From Gammaproteobacteria bacterium (lineage in GTDB: Bacteria > Pseudomonadota > Gammaproteobacteria > Natronospirales > REEB76), in contig JAGWLP010000003.1 of NCBI GenBank assembly GCA_028864905.1, positions 1 to 52,045 on the forward strand: a stretch of DNA of 52,045 nt, given 5' to 3'. A model generated the notes under the pieces. It saw nothing but the letters and a program-made list of their open reading frames with translations, was not told where the DNA came from and searched no databases. Each line of letters starts with the position of its first letter. Position 1 is the first letter of the stretch. The position numbers and the translations under genes were made by a program. Below are positions 25,311 to 34,023 of this stretch, piece by piece.

Positions 25311-25473
25311 AAGCTACCGGGCGCTTGGGGAGACGCCCGGGCCGGCCCCGAAAGGGAGGGACGGGGCCGGTCAGCGCACTGGGGTAGTGCGCTTTGGGAA
25401 TCAGGCAAGGTCCAATTCAGAATCCGATGCCTTGCGCTTCAGCTTCTTATTGGGGCTGAATTCACTTGATTTC
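25270..25473 (-). ncRNA. Candidate multi-hairpin small RNA with C-rich loops (5' end uncertain)
   Basis: Four perfect stems of 8, 9, 7 and 12 bp with minus-strand loops ACCCC, UCCCUCCCUUU, UCUCCCCAAG and ACUCCCAUUCC; the last is followed by U6. Upstream TTGTAT-N17-TAGTCT. Confidence 0.6.
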
Positions 25474-25476
25474 AAG

Positions 25477-25509
25477 TATTAGACTAGACCGTCCAGTCTA
25501 ATAATACAA
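25477..25509 (-). promoter_or_regulatory. Putative sigma70 promoter overlapped by a 27-bp palindromic operator
   Basis: -35 TTGTAT (25509-25504), 17 bp, -10 TAGTCT (25486-25481); palindrome TATTAGACT-AGACCGTCC-AGTCTAATA at 25477-25503. Confidence 0.5.
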
Positions 25510-25644
25510 ATTCCTGATTGAAATGAGCGCGGGGGATTTAATGACTCGAGATCAGGCCCAGAGTCAACGCTCAAGGCTGATGCCGCGCTTTCCTATCATC
25601 AGGCGCACTTGCGCCCTGCGAGCTATCTGAAATAGGCTGCCAAC

Positions 25645-26175
25645 ATGTGGAAATGGGTACTTGCAGTTGTCATCGCACTCGCCATGGGGGCAGCCATCGG
25701 GCAGGCCGACACCGTGTATCGCTGGGTGGACGCGCAAGGAAATGTGCACTACAGCGATCATCCGCACCCTGGTGCCACCAAAGTGAGGCTGCCACAAACC
25801 CAGACTTTTGCGCCTCCGATGACGGCGAAAGCTCAGGCTCCCGAGCCGCCACCCGCCGCAGCGCCCACGCCCGACTATAGCCAGTTCAGTTTGGCGTCGC
25901 CTGCAAATCAGGCCACATTGTGGTACGTGCACGAGGTAACGGTGTCTGTGAACCTCGTGCCGCAACTGCGTCCTGGTGACACCATCACGTATCACCTGGA
26001 CGGCAAGACCATTGGGCCAACCGAGGTGACATCCGTGACTTTCAAGGACGTGGATCGCGGCGAGCATACGGCCTCCGCCGAGCTGAATTCTGTCAACGGC
26101 GCAAGCATGAACGCCGGGCCAGTCACGTTTTACGTCCGTCAAAAATCGATTCTTGCACCAAAGCCGCCTGGTTAG
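25645..26175 (+). CDS. DUF4124 domain-containing secreted protein with a C-terminal Ig-like region
   Basis: Signal peptide, VYRWVDAQGNVHYSDHP, Pro-rich linker, then DRGEH beta-rich domain; upstream of glnL. Confidence 0.85.
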   Translation: MWKWVLAVVIALAMGAAIGQADTVYRWVDAQGNVHYSDHPHPGATKVRLPQTQTFAPPMTAKAQAPEPPPAAAPTPDYSQFSLASPANQATLWYVHEVTVSVNLVPQLRPGDTITYHLDGKTIGPTEVTSVTFKDVDRGEHTASAELNSVNGASMNAGPVTFYVRQKSILAPKPPG

Positions 26176-26183
26176 GGTGCGTC

Positions 26184-26200
26184 TGCACTACAATGGTGCG
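26184..26200. promoter_or_regulatory. NtrC box at the glnL 5' end (autorepression)
   Basis: TGCACTACAATGGTGCG, close to the E. coli glnLp site TGCACTAAAATGGTGCA. Confidence 0.75.
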
Positions 26201-27287
26201 GGTGGAAAGTCCATTCGCGCCCTCGCCATCACTGCTTGAGCATATGTCCACCGGCCTGTTATGGCTGGACCAGTCACTGCATCCTCGTTATTTCAATCCG
26301 GCCGCGGAAACCCTTCTGGATCTCGATGGCCGCACAGGCAAGTCCCGGGGGATTGGCGAGTCTCTGCCTGGAAATACTGAATTCCTCGCAACTCTGGAAC
26401 GGGTGCAACACACCGGTGAAACCGTCACACAACGTGAACTGGTGTTAACCGTCGGTACGGCGAACGCGCGTCACACCCTGACCGTGGATTGCACGGTGTC
26501 CGTCCTGGCGGAGCGCGATGCAAGCCAGGAGCTGCTCGTGGAACTGGTGCCACTCGATCGACACATGCGTATCAGTCATGAAGCCGGCCTGAGCCAGCAA
26601 AGCGGGGTGAACCGCGAGTTGGCGCGCAGCCTGGCGCACGAAGTGAAAAACCCGCTTGGCGGGATCCGCGCTGCCGCGCAGCTCCTCGAGCGCAAGTTCA
26701 CGCAACCGAATCTGGCGGACTACACGCAAATCATCATCAGCGAAGTGGATCGTTTGGCCGCGCTGGTGGATAGCCTGCTGGGCCCGGTCCAGCCTGCGAG
26801 GCCCAGCGAGATTAATCTGCACGAACTCATGGAACACGTGGCGCGCCTCATGGGGGCGGCAGCCGGCGGCCCGAAAATCCTGCGCGACTACGATCCCAGT
26901 TTGCCGGAACTGTGGCTCGACCGTGGCCAGATGGTGCAGGCCTTGCTCAATCTCGCCAAGAACGCCTGCGAGGCGGCTGGTGCTCGCGGTCGCGTAATTT
27001 TGCGCACCCGGGCGGTGCGGCAATTCACGCTCAACGGCGTGCGCCACCGGTTGGTGGCCTGCGCCGACATCGAAGATGACGGTCCCGGCATTCCGGCAGC
27101 CACCCGCCCGAAACTCTTTATGCCGCTAACCAGCAACAAGCCGTCGGGTTCGGGCCTGGGGCTGAGCATTGCCCAGGAGCTGGTGACCCGCCAAGGCGGG
27201 CTCATCGAATATCACAGCCAGCCGGGGTGCACTGTGTTCTCCGTGCTGTTACCGCTGCAAACCGGTCATGACCGCACGCACGCCTGA
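26193..27287 (+). CDS. glnL: Nitrogen regulation sensor kinase NtrB
   Basis: PAS domain, LAHEVKNPLGGIR H-box, DYDPSLP, DDGPGI and GSGLGL; start may be GTG 26202. Confidence 0.95.
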   Translation: MVRVESPFAPSPSLLEHMSTGLLWLDQSLHPRYFNPAAETLLDLDGRTGKSRGIGESLPGNTEFLATLERVQHTGETVTQRELVLTVGTANARHTLTVDCTVSVLAERDASQELLVELVPLDRHMRISHEAGLSQQSGVNRELARSLAHEVKNPLGGIRAAAQLLERKFTQPNLADYTQIIISEVDRLAALVDSLLGPVQPARPSEINLHELMEHVARLMGAAAGGPKILRDYDPSLPELWLDRGQMVQALLNLAKNACEAAGARGRVILRTRAVRQFTLNGVRHRLVACADIEDDGPGIPAATRPKLFMPLTSNKPSGSGLGLSIAQELVTRQGGLIEYHSQPGCTVFSVLLPLQTGHDRTHA

Positions 27288-28659
27288 AATCTGGTTGCTG
27301 GATGATGATCCCGCGCTGCGGCGGCTCACTGGGGAAGCCCTAAGCGATGCCGGTCACGCCACGCGTGAATTTGCCGAAGTCGCGGAATTGCAGCAGGCGC
27401 TGGCAAACAAGTTGCCGGCGCTTTTGATTACCGACATCCGCCTGCCCGGAAGTGACGGCTTGCAGTTGCTGGCGCAACTGCACCAGGCGCACCCGCAGCT
27501 GCCGGTGGTGGTGGTGACTGCACACAGCGATCTGCAAAGTGCCGTCGCGGCCTATCAAGGCGGGGCCTTTGAATATCTGCCCAAACCCTTCGACCTAAAC
27601 GAACTGCTGAGCGTCGTGGAGCGTGCGCTGCAGCAGACCGGTCCGCAATCCGCACCGCTCGCCGTGGAACCCGAGGCTGAGCATGTCCTGATCGGCGATT
27701 CGCCGGCCATGCAGATTGTGTATCGCAGCATCGCGCGGCTCGCCGGCACGCAGTTCACGGTGCTCATCAGCGGCGAATCGGGCACCGGTAAGGAACTCGC
27801 TGCGCGCGCATTGCACCGCCACAGTCTGCGCGCGCAGCGGGCGTTCATTGCCCTGAACACCGCGGCGATTCCCGCGGAGCTTCTGGAGTCGGAATTGTTC
27901 GGCCATGAGCGCGGCGCATTCACCGGCGCCAGTACGCGCCATGCGGGACGCTTCGAACAGGCGCAGGGCGGCACGTTGTTTCTGGATGAAATTGGCGACA
28001 TGCCCATCGCGCTGCAAACCCGTTTGCTGCGCGTGCTGGCCGAGGGCGAGTTTTACCGCGTCGGAGGCCACGCCGCGCTGCACTCCGATGTCCGGGTGTT
28101 GGCCGCCACGCATCAGGATCTGGATGAATTGGTGCGCCAGGGGCGCTTTCGCGAAGATCTGTTCCACCGTCTGAACGTCGTGCGCATCCACATGCCGGCG
28201 CTGCGCGAACGCCTCGAAGACATTCCGCTGCTGCTCCAGCATTTTGTCGCCAGCGCCTCCCGCGAACTGGGCACCGCACCCAAACGTTTCACCGCCGAGG
28301 CCATGCGTGCGCTGCAGCAGCGCGCCTGGCCGGGGAATGTACGCGAGCTCGCGAATGCCTGTCGGCGTCTGACGCTCATGACCGCGGGGCGCATCATTCA
28401 CCAGAGTGATCTTGACGCGCTTGCAGTTGCGCGTCTCAACGGCGGACTGGCAGCGGATCAATGGCCGCAGCAGTTACGCGCCTGGGTGCAACGCGAACTG
28501 CTGTCCGGAACCGCCGGCATTGCAGAACGCGCGCAGACCGAGCTCAGCCGCATCATGATCGAAACCGCGCTCGAACACACCGGTGGACGTCGCCAGCAAG
28601 CGGCGCGCCGCCTGGGAATGGGCCGCAACACCCTGGCGCGCAAACTCAAGCGCGGTTGA
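27268..28659 (+). CDS. glnG: Nitrogen regulation response regulator NtrC
   Basis: Receiver domain, GESGTGKEL, ESELFGHERGAFTGA, WPGNVREL and HTH LGMGRNTLARKL. Confidence 0.96.
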   Translation: MTARTPEIWLLDDDPALRRLTGEALSDAGHATREFAEVAELQQALANKLPALLITDIRLPGSDGLQLLAQLHQAHPQLPVVVVTAHSDLQSAVAAYQGGAFEYLPKPFDLNELLSVVERALQQTGPQSAPLAVEPEAEHVLIGDSPAMQIVYRSIARLAGTQFTVLISGESGTGKELAARALHRHSLRAQRAFIALNTAAIPAELLESELFGHERGAFTGASTRHAGRFEQAQGGTLFLDEIGDMPIALQTRLLRVLAEGEFYRVGGHAALHSDVRVLAATHQDLDELVRQGRFREDLFHRLNVVRIHMPALRERLEDIPLLLQHFVASASRELGTAPKRFTAEAMRALQQRAWPGNVRELANACRRLTLMTAGRIIHQSDLDALAVARLNGGLAADQWPQQLRAWVQRELLSGTAGIAERAQTELSRIMIETALEHTGGRRQQAARRLGMGRNTLARKLKRG

Positions 28660-28856
28660 GCTTTTAGCGGCGCCGGACTTGGCTGACGTTGCGCCGCTGC
28701 CTCAGGCTTTCCTGAACGCGGCTGCAAATTCCTGTAACCATGCGTGTTGCGCGCGGCGGAGGGAAGCTCCGCGTGGACGGGAGCTGAAAAGCCGGGGAGT
28801 TACCCCGTTCGACTTGGTGCTGACAGTGTGGCATGCGCGTGTGCGCCGGGTTTGGA

Positions 28857-31800
28857 TCAGGCTTGGTCGGTACGCGGTCCGGGCGCGTCGGCGTTCCCGC
28901 CGGCAGTGCCGACATCGGGGAGCGTCACAAGTTCGCTGGCCAGTGGCAGGCTGGCTTCGAGGCGCGTGCCCTGGCCCGGAGCGGAGTGCAACTCGAACTT
29001 GCCACCGGCGAAGCGCACGCGTTCCTGCATACCCAGCAGCCCGAAACTCCGGCCTGCGGCCGCGCGCCGGCGCGCGGCGTCCACGTCAAAGCCGCGTCCG
29101 TCGTCCTGCACACTGAAGTACAGCGTGCCATCCTGAACGCGCACATTAATCTCCACATGCCGGGCTTGGGCGTGCTTGGCCACATTGGTAAGCGCGGACT
29201 GCAGCACACGAAAACAGGTGATCTCCGTGATCGCCGGCAGACGCGGCAGACCCGGATCCATCTCCAGGCTCACCTTGAGTCCGGACGCGGCCACGCGTTC
29301 GCGCACAAACCAGCGCAGCGTGGCCGCAAGTCCCAGGTCGTCGAGCATTGCCGGCCGCAGATCCAGCGACAGGCTGCGCACCTGCTCGGAAAGCTCGGTG
29401 GTAAGCGCGCTGATTTTGCGGATCGCGGGCTGCTGTGCATGCGGCGCCCGGGTTTCCAGTTCCCTGAGCTGCAGCAGCACGGTCAGCAGATTCTGGCCCA
29501 TTTCGTCGTGCAACTCGCCGGCCAGGCGCCGCCGTTCCTCCTCTTGGGCCTGCAGGATGCGAGGCGATAGCCGCTGCAGCTCCAGCAGATAGGCTTGCAT
29601 GCGTTGTTCGGCTTCACGCCGCGCAGTGATGTCCAGGGCCACTCCCGCGAGACACGTTTGGCCCTGCAGGTCCAGTCGCCGTCCGGTGAAGTAATGCGGA
29701 ATCCGCCGGCCGTCACGGCACAACAATTCCGCCTCGATATCGGCGTGGCCGCGAGTGAATACCTGAGCGACACTGTCGGCCATGAGTTGGCGCTGTTCCG
29801 GAACGATCAGGTCGAGCGGGTTCAGTTGGCCAAGCTGCTCCGCGCTGTAGCCCGTGACCTGTTCGAGGCGCTGATTCCACATCAGGAATTTGCCCTGGTT
29901 GGTGCACAGTGTGAACAGGCCCGGCAGGCTGTTGATGGCGTGGGCGAGCAACAACTGTTCCCGGTGCAACTTCTCTTCGGCTTGCTTCTGCGCGCTGATG
30001 TCCACGCCCATGCCGACCACGCAGGATTGCCCGCGCCACAGGAAGGGCTGTGCCGCGAAGTAATAGGGAATACGCCGCCCATCCTTGGTATAAAGTTCGG
30101 TTTCACCGCTCAAGCTGCTGCCGTGCAGGATTTCCTGCATCAATTCCGTGTGCCGCGCACGCCGGTCCGGGGGAACGATGTCGGCCGTGGTAATCTCGCG
30201 CATTTCCTGCATGCTGTAGCCGGTGATCTCTTCAGTTTGCCGGTTCCAGCGCAGGAATTTGCCCTCGGCATCGAACACGTAGAACACCCCGGGCAGCACG
30301 TCCAGCGCATGCAGCACGAATTGACGTTCTGCCAGCAGACGGCTTTCCGCCTCGAGACGCGCGCTGATATCGGCGATGAATATCTGGATGTTGCCGTCCT
30401 CAAGCCGCGTGGCGTTCAATTCCATGTAGATGATGTGGCCGTCCTGATGGCGCAGGCATGATTGCAGATGCACGTTGTCACCTGCGGCCACCTGACTCAC
30501 GCGCTGCATCGTTTGGACCTCGTCCAGGGACACCAACTGGCTGATGTGCATGGCGAGCAACTGGTCACGGCGATAGCCGGTCATCTGGCACAGAGCGCGG
30601 TTGACAAACAGGATTTCACCCGTGGGCCGGCGCACCAGGATGCCGAACATGGCCTGTTCCACCAGCTCGCGGTGTTGGCGTTCACTTTCCTCAAGCTGGT
30701 GTTGAACTGCCAGGCGCTCGCCAATATCGCGCTGCACCGATTGGATGTCGCCGTTCGACAGGCGCAGCGTGCTTACCTCCACAGGCACCTTGTGACCGTC
30801 CTTGTGGTACATCCAGGATTCAAAGCGGGCCGATTCGCCGGGATTGAGCAGATTACCGCGCTGTTCGGACGGTTCAATCACATCGGTAATGCGCATGCGC
30901 AGCAATTCCTCGCGGCTGTAACCCAGCATCTTGCAGAACGCCGCGTTTACCAGGATGTATTCACCCGATGCGCGCCGCACGCAAATGGCTTCCACCGCCT
31001 GTTCGATAAGCTGTACATAGCGCTGCTCGCCGGCGGTACGTGCGCGCTCGATGTTGCGACGCGCTTGCGCCTGGGCTTCGAGGCTGGCCGCCATGCGATT
31101 CAAGCCCGCGGCCAGCAGGCCGAATTCACCGTCGGTGTCCGTCAATTGGGCGCGCGCCTCCCATTGGCCGCGGCCGATGCGTTGCAGGGTTTGTAGCAGG
31201 TGCCGGAGCCGGCGCGTGACCAACGTGGACGTGGCCCACCACGTCGTCAGCATGATGCACAACGCCACCGTCACCACGATGACCAGATCCCAAGCCAGGG
31301 GCACAAAAGTTGTGGTCCGCAATACGCTCACGTCTATGCCGCTGGCTACGAGCAGGGCGTGTTGGGGGATGTCAGTCGGGATGCGCTGCAGCGAAAAGAC
31401 GCGCGGCTTGCCGTCGATTCCCGGCAGGGAACGCTGCACCGTGCCCGATGCGGCGCGCAGCGCCTGGAACAGGGCGCTGTGGGACTGGTCGCTGCCAGTC
31501 AGAGTGCGGTCCTCGGGATAGTGCATCAACAGAGTGCCATCCTGGCTGAGCACGGCGAGCGCACCGTAATGCGCCAGCAGGATCTCCTTGTCCGGCGGTG
31601 CCAGCACCTCGGGCGAAACCGCCGCGCTCAAGGCGCCGATCAGATTCCCGGCAGCATCAAAATACGGCGCGGAAAACACCAGCAGGCTGTGCTGTGAAAT
31701 GAACCCCCGGGGAATCTCGTCGCTGGTAAAGCGACGCGTGCGCTGCACTTCCTGGAACCAGGCCCGGTTACTGACGTTGATGGCGTGTGCAAAGGGCACC

Positions 31801-32144
31801 GCGCTGCAGCGGAATTCACCGTTCAAGGACACCACGGCCAGATTGGCGTAAAACGGCATGCGGGCGCGCAGTGCCGCCAGTGCCCGGCTGCATACCGCTG
31901 GCGACGCACTTACGGCCGGCAGTTGCGCCATGAGCGTGAGCACATCCTGACTGCGCGCGGCCAGATCCCGATAACGGTCAGCTACGTGATTCGCAGCCAG
32001 CTGGCTGATGCTGTAGGCGTAACTGCGCGCGGTGTGATAACGCTCGAACGCGGTGTAAATCAGCACCGCCATGGCGGGCAGCGTGCTGATTGCCACCAGC
32101 AACACCAGGCGCATGCGCAAATCCTGCGGCAGGGGGAGTTTCAT
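28857..32144 (-). CDS. Membrane sensor histidine kinase (TM-Cache-like-TM-HAMP-4xPAS-HisKA_3-HATPase)
   Basis: Two TM segments, HAMP (GEFGLLAAGLNRMA), four PAS repeats, ERRRLAGELHDEMGQ, NVAKHA, DDGRGF and GLLGMQER; start at MKLPL. Confidence 0.9.
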   Translation of the reverse strand: MKLPLPQDLRMRLVLLVAISTLPAMAVLIYTAFERYHTARSYAYSISQLAANHVADRYRDLAARSQDVLTLMAQLPAVSASPAVCSRALAALRARMPFYANLAVVSLNGEFRCSAVPFAHAINVSNRAWFQEVQRTRRFTSDEIPRGFISQHSLLVFSAPYFDAAGNLIGALSAAVSPEVLAPPDKEILLAHYGALAVLSQDGTLLMHYPEDRTLTGSDQSHSALFQALRAASGTVQRSLPGIDGKPRVFSLQRIPTDIPQHALLVASGIDVSVLRTTTFVPLAWDLVIVVTVALCIMLTTWWATSTLVTRRLRHLLQTLQRIGRGQWEARAQLTDTDGEFGLLAAGLNRMAASLEAQAQARRNIERARTAGEQRYVQLIEQAVEAICVRRASGEYILVNAAFCKMLGYSREELLRMRITDVIEPSEQRGNLLNPGESARFESWMYHKDGHKVPVEVSTLRLSNGDIQSVQRDIGERLAVQHQLEESERQHRELVEQAMFGILVRRPTGEILFVNRALCQMTGYRRDQLLAMHISQLVSLDEVQTMQRVSQVAAGDNVHLQSCLRHQDGHIIYMELNATRLEDGNIQIFIADISARLEAESRLLAERQFVLHALDVLPGVFYVFDAEGKFLRWNRQTEEITGYSMQEMREITTADIVPPDRRARHTELMQEILHGSSLSGETELYTKDGRRIPYYFAAQPFLWRGQSCVVGMGVDISAQKQAEEKLHREQLLLAHAINSLPGLFTLCTNQGKFLMWNQRLEQVTGYSAEQLGQLNPLDLIVPEQRQLMADSVAQVFTRGHADIEAELLCRDGRRIPHYFTGRRLDLQGQTCLAGVALDITARREAEQRMQAYLLELQRLSPRILQAQEEERRRLAGELHDEMGQNLLTVLLQLRELETRAPHAQQPAIRKISALTTELSEQVRSLSLDLRPAMLDDLGLAATLRWFVRERVAASGLKVSLEMDPGLPRLPAITEITCFRVLQSALTNVAKHAQARHVEINVRVQDGTLYFSVQDDGRGFDVDAARRRAAAGRSFGLLGMQERVRFAGGKFELHSAPGQGTRLEASLPLASELVTLPDVGTAGGNADAPGPRTDQA

Positions 32145-32226
32145 GTTGGTTGCGCCAAGCGCGGTTTGGACGACGGGCGGCGGGGCCGACACCGGGGCCC
32201 TGCACGATTGGCCGCCGCCCGCCCGG

Positions 32227-32285
32227 TCCGGGTTTCCCTGATTGCTACCCCGGGGCTTTCCCAATGCCTTTCAGAAACTGCCTGA
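32227..32285. promoter_or_regulatory. Three phased TCAGG-N5-CCTGA-like boxes
   Basis: TCCGGGTTTCCCTGA (32227), CCGGGGCTTTCCCAA (32250) and TCAGAAACTGCCTGA (32271); spacing 23 and 21 bp; followed by TATAAA at 32309. Confidence 0.5.
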
Positions 32286-32321
32286 TTTAAACCGGAACCA
32301 TGTGCCCTTATAAACATAATT

Positions 32322-32693
32322 ATGTCAATCGGTATACGTTTCCTGGCATGCGCGACTTTGGGGGCAATCCTGACCGCTATTTCCCTCTCCAGCCTGGCCG
32401 CTGACCGCAGGGCGCAGTTTGCGGTGATGGTGCAGGTGTTGCCTCGTTGCCAATGGTCGCTGGAGGTGGACGATGCCCGCACCGGGAGATTCGCCATTGA
32501 ATGCACTCGAAACACCGAGTATTCGGTTAGTTTGACCCGCGGTGGCGATTTACGGCCCGATGCAAACCTGCACATGGCGCGTGGTATCGGCAGCGGCGCC
32601 CTCCAGGTGATTCCGTTGCGCGTGCCACCGCCTGTTTCCACAGATGCCGCTCCGCCAGGCAATGCGCCGCTATTCCTGACCATCAATTATTAA
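32322..32693 (+). CDS. Small secreted spore-coat-U (Csu pilin)-like protein, internally shortened
   Basis: Signal peptide ending SLA, donor-strand-like AQFAVMVQVLPRC, second Cys in IECTRNTEYSVSL, GIGSG, C-terminal LTINY. Confidence 0.65.
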   Translation: MSIGIRFLACATLGAILTAISLSSLAADRRAQFAVMVQVLPRCQWSLEVDDARTGRFAIECTRNTEYSVSLTRGGDLRPDANLHMARGIGSGALQVIPLRVPPPVSTDAAPPGNAPLFLTINY

Positions 32694-32713
32694 GATTTCA
32701 GCCGCGTCCGCGT

Positions 32714-33337
32714 TCATTTGTTCGAGAGCGGCGCGAGCCGCGCCGCGTAACGGATCAGGGCGGCAGCGTTCGGGATCCGCAGGCGTTGCATGATTTCGGC
32801 GCGATGACTCTCCACCGTTTTGACGCTTAACTGCAATTCCAGGGCGATGGCCTTGACGTTTTTGCCCTCGGCAATCAGGCGCAGGATCTGTTTTTGGCGC
32901 GGCGTGAGGTGTGTGACTTGGCCGTCATGCCGCTCGAGGGCCTGCTGGGATACCGCGGCGCTGAGATAGGTGCCGCCGCGCGCCACCGCTTCGATCGCCA
33001 GTTTTAGCTCATCGGGGGTGGCGCGCTTCAGGACGTAGGCGGAAGCCCCGGCGGCCAGCGCTTCGTGCACGTACTCCTCGTTGGCATGCATGGAAAGGAT
33101 GATGACGTGGATGTCAGCGGCCTGCGCGTGAATCTGGGTGGTGGCCTGCAAACCGTTCAGGTCGTCCATCTGCAGGTCCATGATCACGATATCCGGATGC
33201 AACGTGCCCGCGAGCTGCACGGCCTCGCGCCCGCTGGTGGCCTCGGCCACCACTTCGACGTCCGCCATACCCTGCAGCAGCTTCACCACGCCGGCGCGGA
33301 ACAGCGTGTGATCGTCGGCAATCAGAATTCGGGGCAT
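32714..33337 (-). CDS. NarL/FixJ family response regulator (REC + LuxR HTH)
   Basis: IADDHTLFR, DLQM, LSMH, YVLK, LTPRQKQILRLIAEG and SVKTVESHR; TATAAT upstream at 33372-33367. Confidence 0.95.
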   Translation of the reverse strand: MPRILIADDHTLFRAGVVKLLQGMADVEVVAEATSGREAVQLAGTLHPDIVIMDLQMDDLNGLQATTQIHAQAADIHVIILSMHANEEYVHEALAAGASAYVLKRATPDELKLAIEAVARGGTYLSAAVSQQALERHDGQVTHLTPRQKQILRLIAEGKNVKAIALELQLSVKTVESHRAEIMQRLRIPNAAALIRYAARLAPLSNK

Positions 33338-33559
33338 GGCACACCTCGCCGGCCTGTGATCGCTCAATTATAAAGATACTGCATAAACCCGGGGTCAGTC
33401 AGCGCACCCGCGCCGGAGGCGGTGAAGCGAACTGGAGTTGCGGGACGTCTGGAATGACCGCGCTCGGTTCTGGCCCGCGGCGTTACTTGCGGAAAGCAGC
33501 ACTTTTGAATTCATGGCATGCGAAGTAGTGTCGCACAAGCTGCTTCCAGAGTTTGGAGA

Positions 33560-34021
33560 TCAGAAGTTGACGGTGACATCAATAGTGTCGCGGTAAGCGC
33601 CGGGGGCGATATCCTGCCGGGCGGGAACCCGCGCGTATACGTTCAGGCGCACGCGGTTGTTGTTGAACGGCTGGCTGAACGTCTGGGTGCCGCCGGTCCC
33701 GTCGCCCCAGATAATGTTGCGTGCGGCATTGGTGTACAGGTTGTAGTCCAGTTGGTCACCAGTTGTGCCGCTTAACATGTAGCGGGGATTGTACGAACCA
33801 CTCTGGCCGGCGCTGAGTGCTACGGTGACGGTTCCCGCGCCGCTGCATCGGACGATGATGCGGCCAGTACGGTTCAACGGTGCGGCCTTCAGCGGATCGT
33901 AGTTGCCGAATTTCACCTGATTGGCTCTGACCGTGCAGGAGGCGGCCCGGCAGGTCGCCGGTATGCCGAGCACGACTGCGCAAGCCAGCAGGGAAACTGC
34001 GAGGACGGTGCAGGCGCGCAC
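33560..34021 (-). CDS. Spore coat U domain (Csu-type) minor pilin
   Basis: Signal peptide, C...FGNYDPL, LDYNLYT..WGDG, VYARVPARQ and GAYRDTIDVTVNF. Confidence 0.9.
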   Translation of the reverse strand: MRACTVLAVSLLACAVVLGIPATCRAASCTVRANQVKFGNYDPLKAAPLNRTGRIIVRCSGAGTVTVALSAGQSGSYNPRYMLSGTTGDQLDYNLYTNAARNIIWGDGTGGTQTFSQPFNNNRVRLNVYARVPARQDIAPGAYRDTIDVTVNF

Positions 34022-34023
34022 AG

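Noticed and set aside
25276-25393. Hairpin array read as CRISPR or as a simple glnA terminator
   Set aside because: Stem sequences differ (no direct repeat, no spacers, no cas genes), and the U-tract is on the strand opposite glnA.
25417-25432. Possible sigma54 promoter AGGCATCGGATTCTGA (minus strand) for the sRNA
   Set aside because: No GC at the required GG-N10-GC spacing.
25246-25482. 78-aa plus-strand and 62-aa minus-strand ORFs over the hairpin array
   Set aside because: Weak TTG starts, no motifs; the sequence is better explained by RNA structure.
28829-28844. TGGCATGCGCGTGTGC as a sigma54 promoter
   Set aside because: Spacing is GG-N11-GC and it points into the 3' end of a convergent gene.
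33488-33548. Long-range stem GGAAAGCAGC...GCTGCTTCC after the last pilin
   Set aside because: Most simply a 3' stabilising or terminating structure of the pilus mRNA; no independent promoter or repeated motif was seen.
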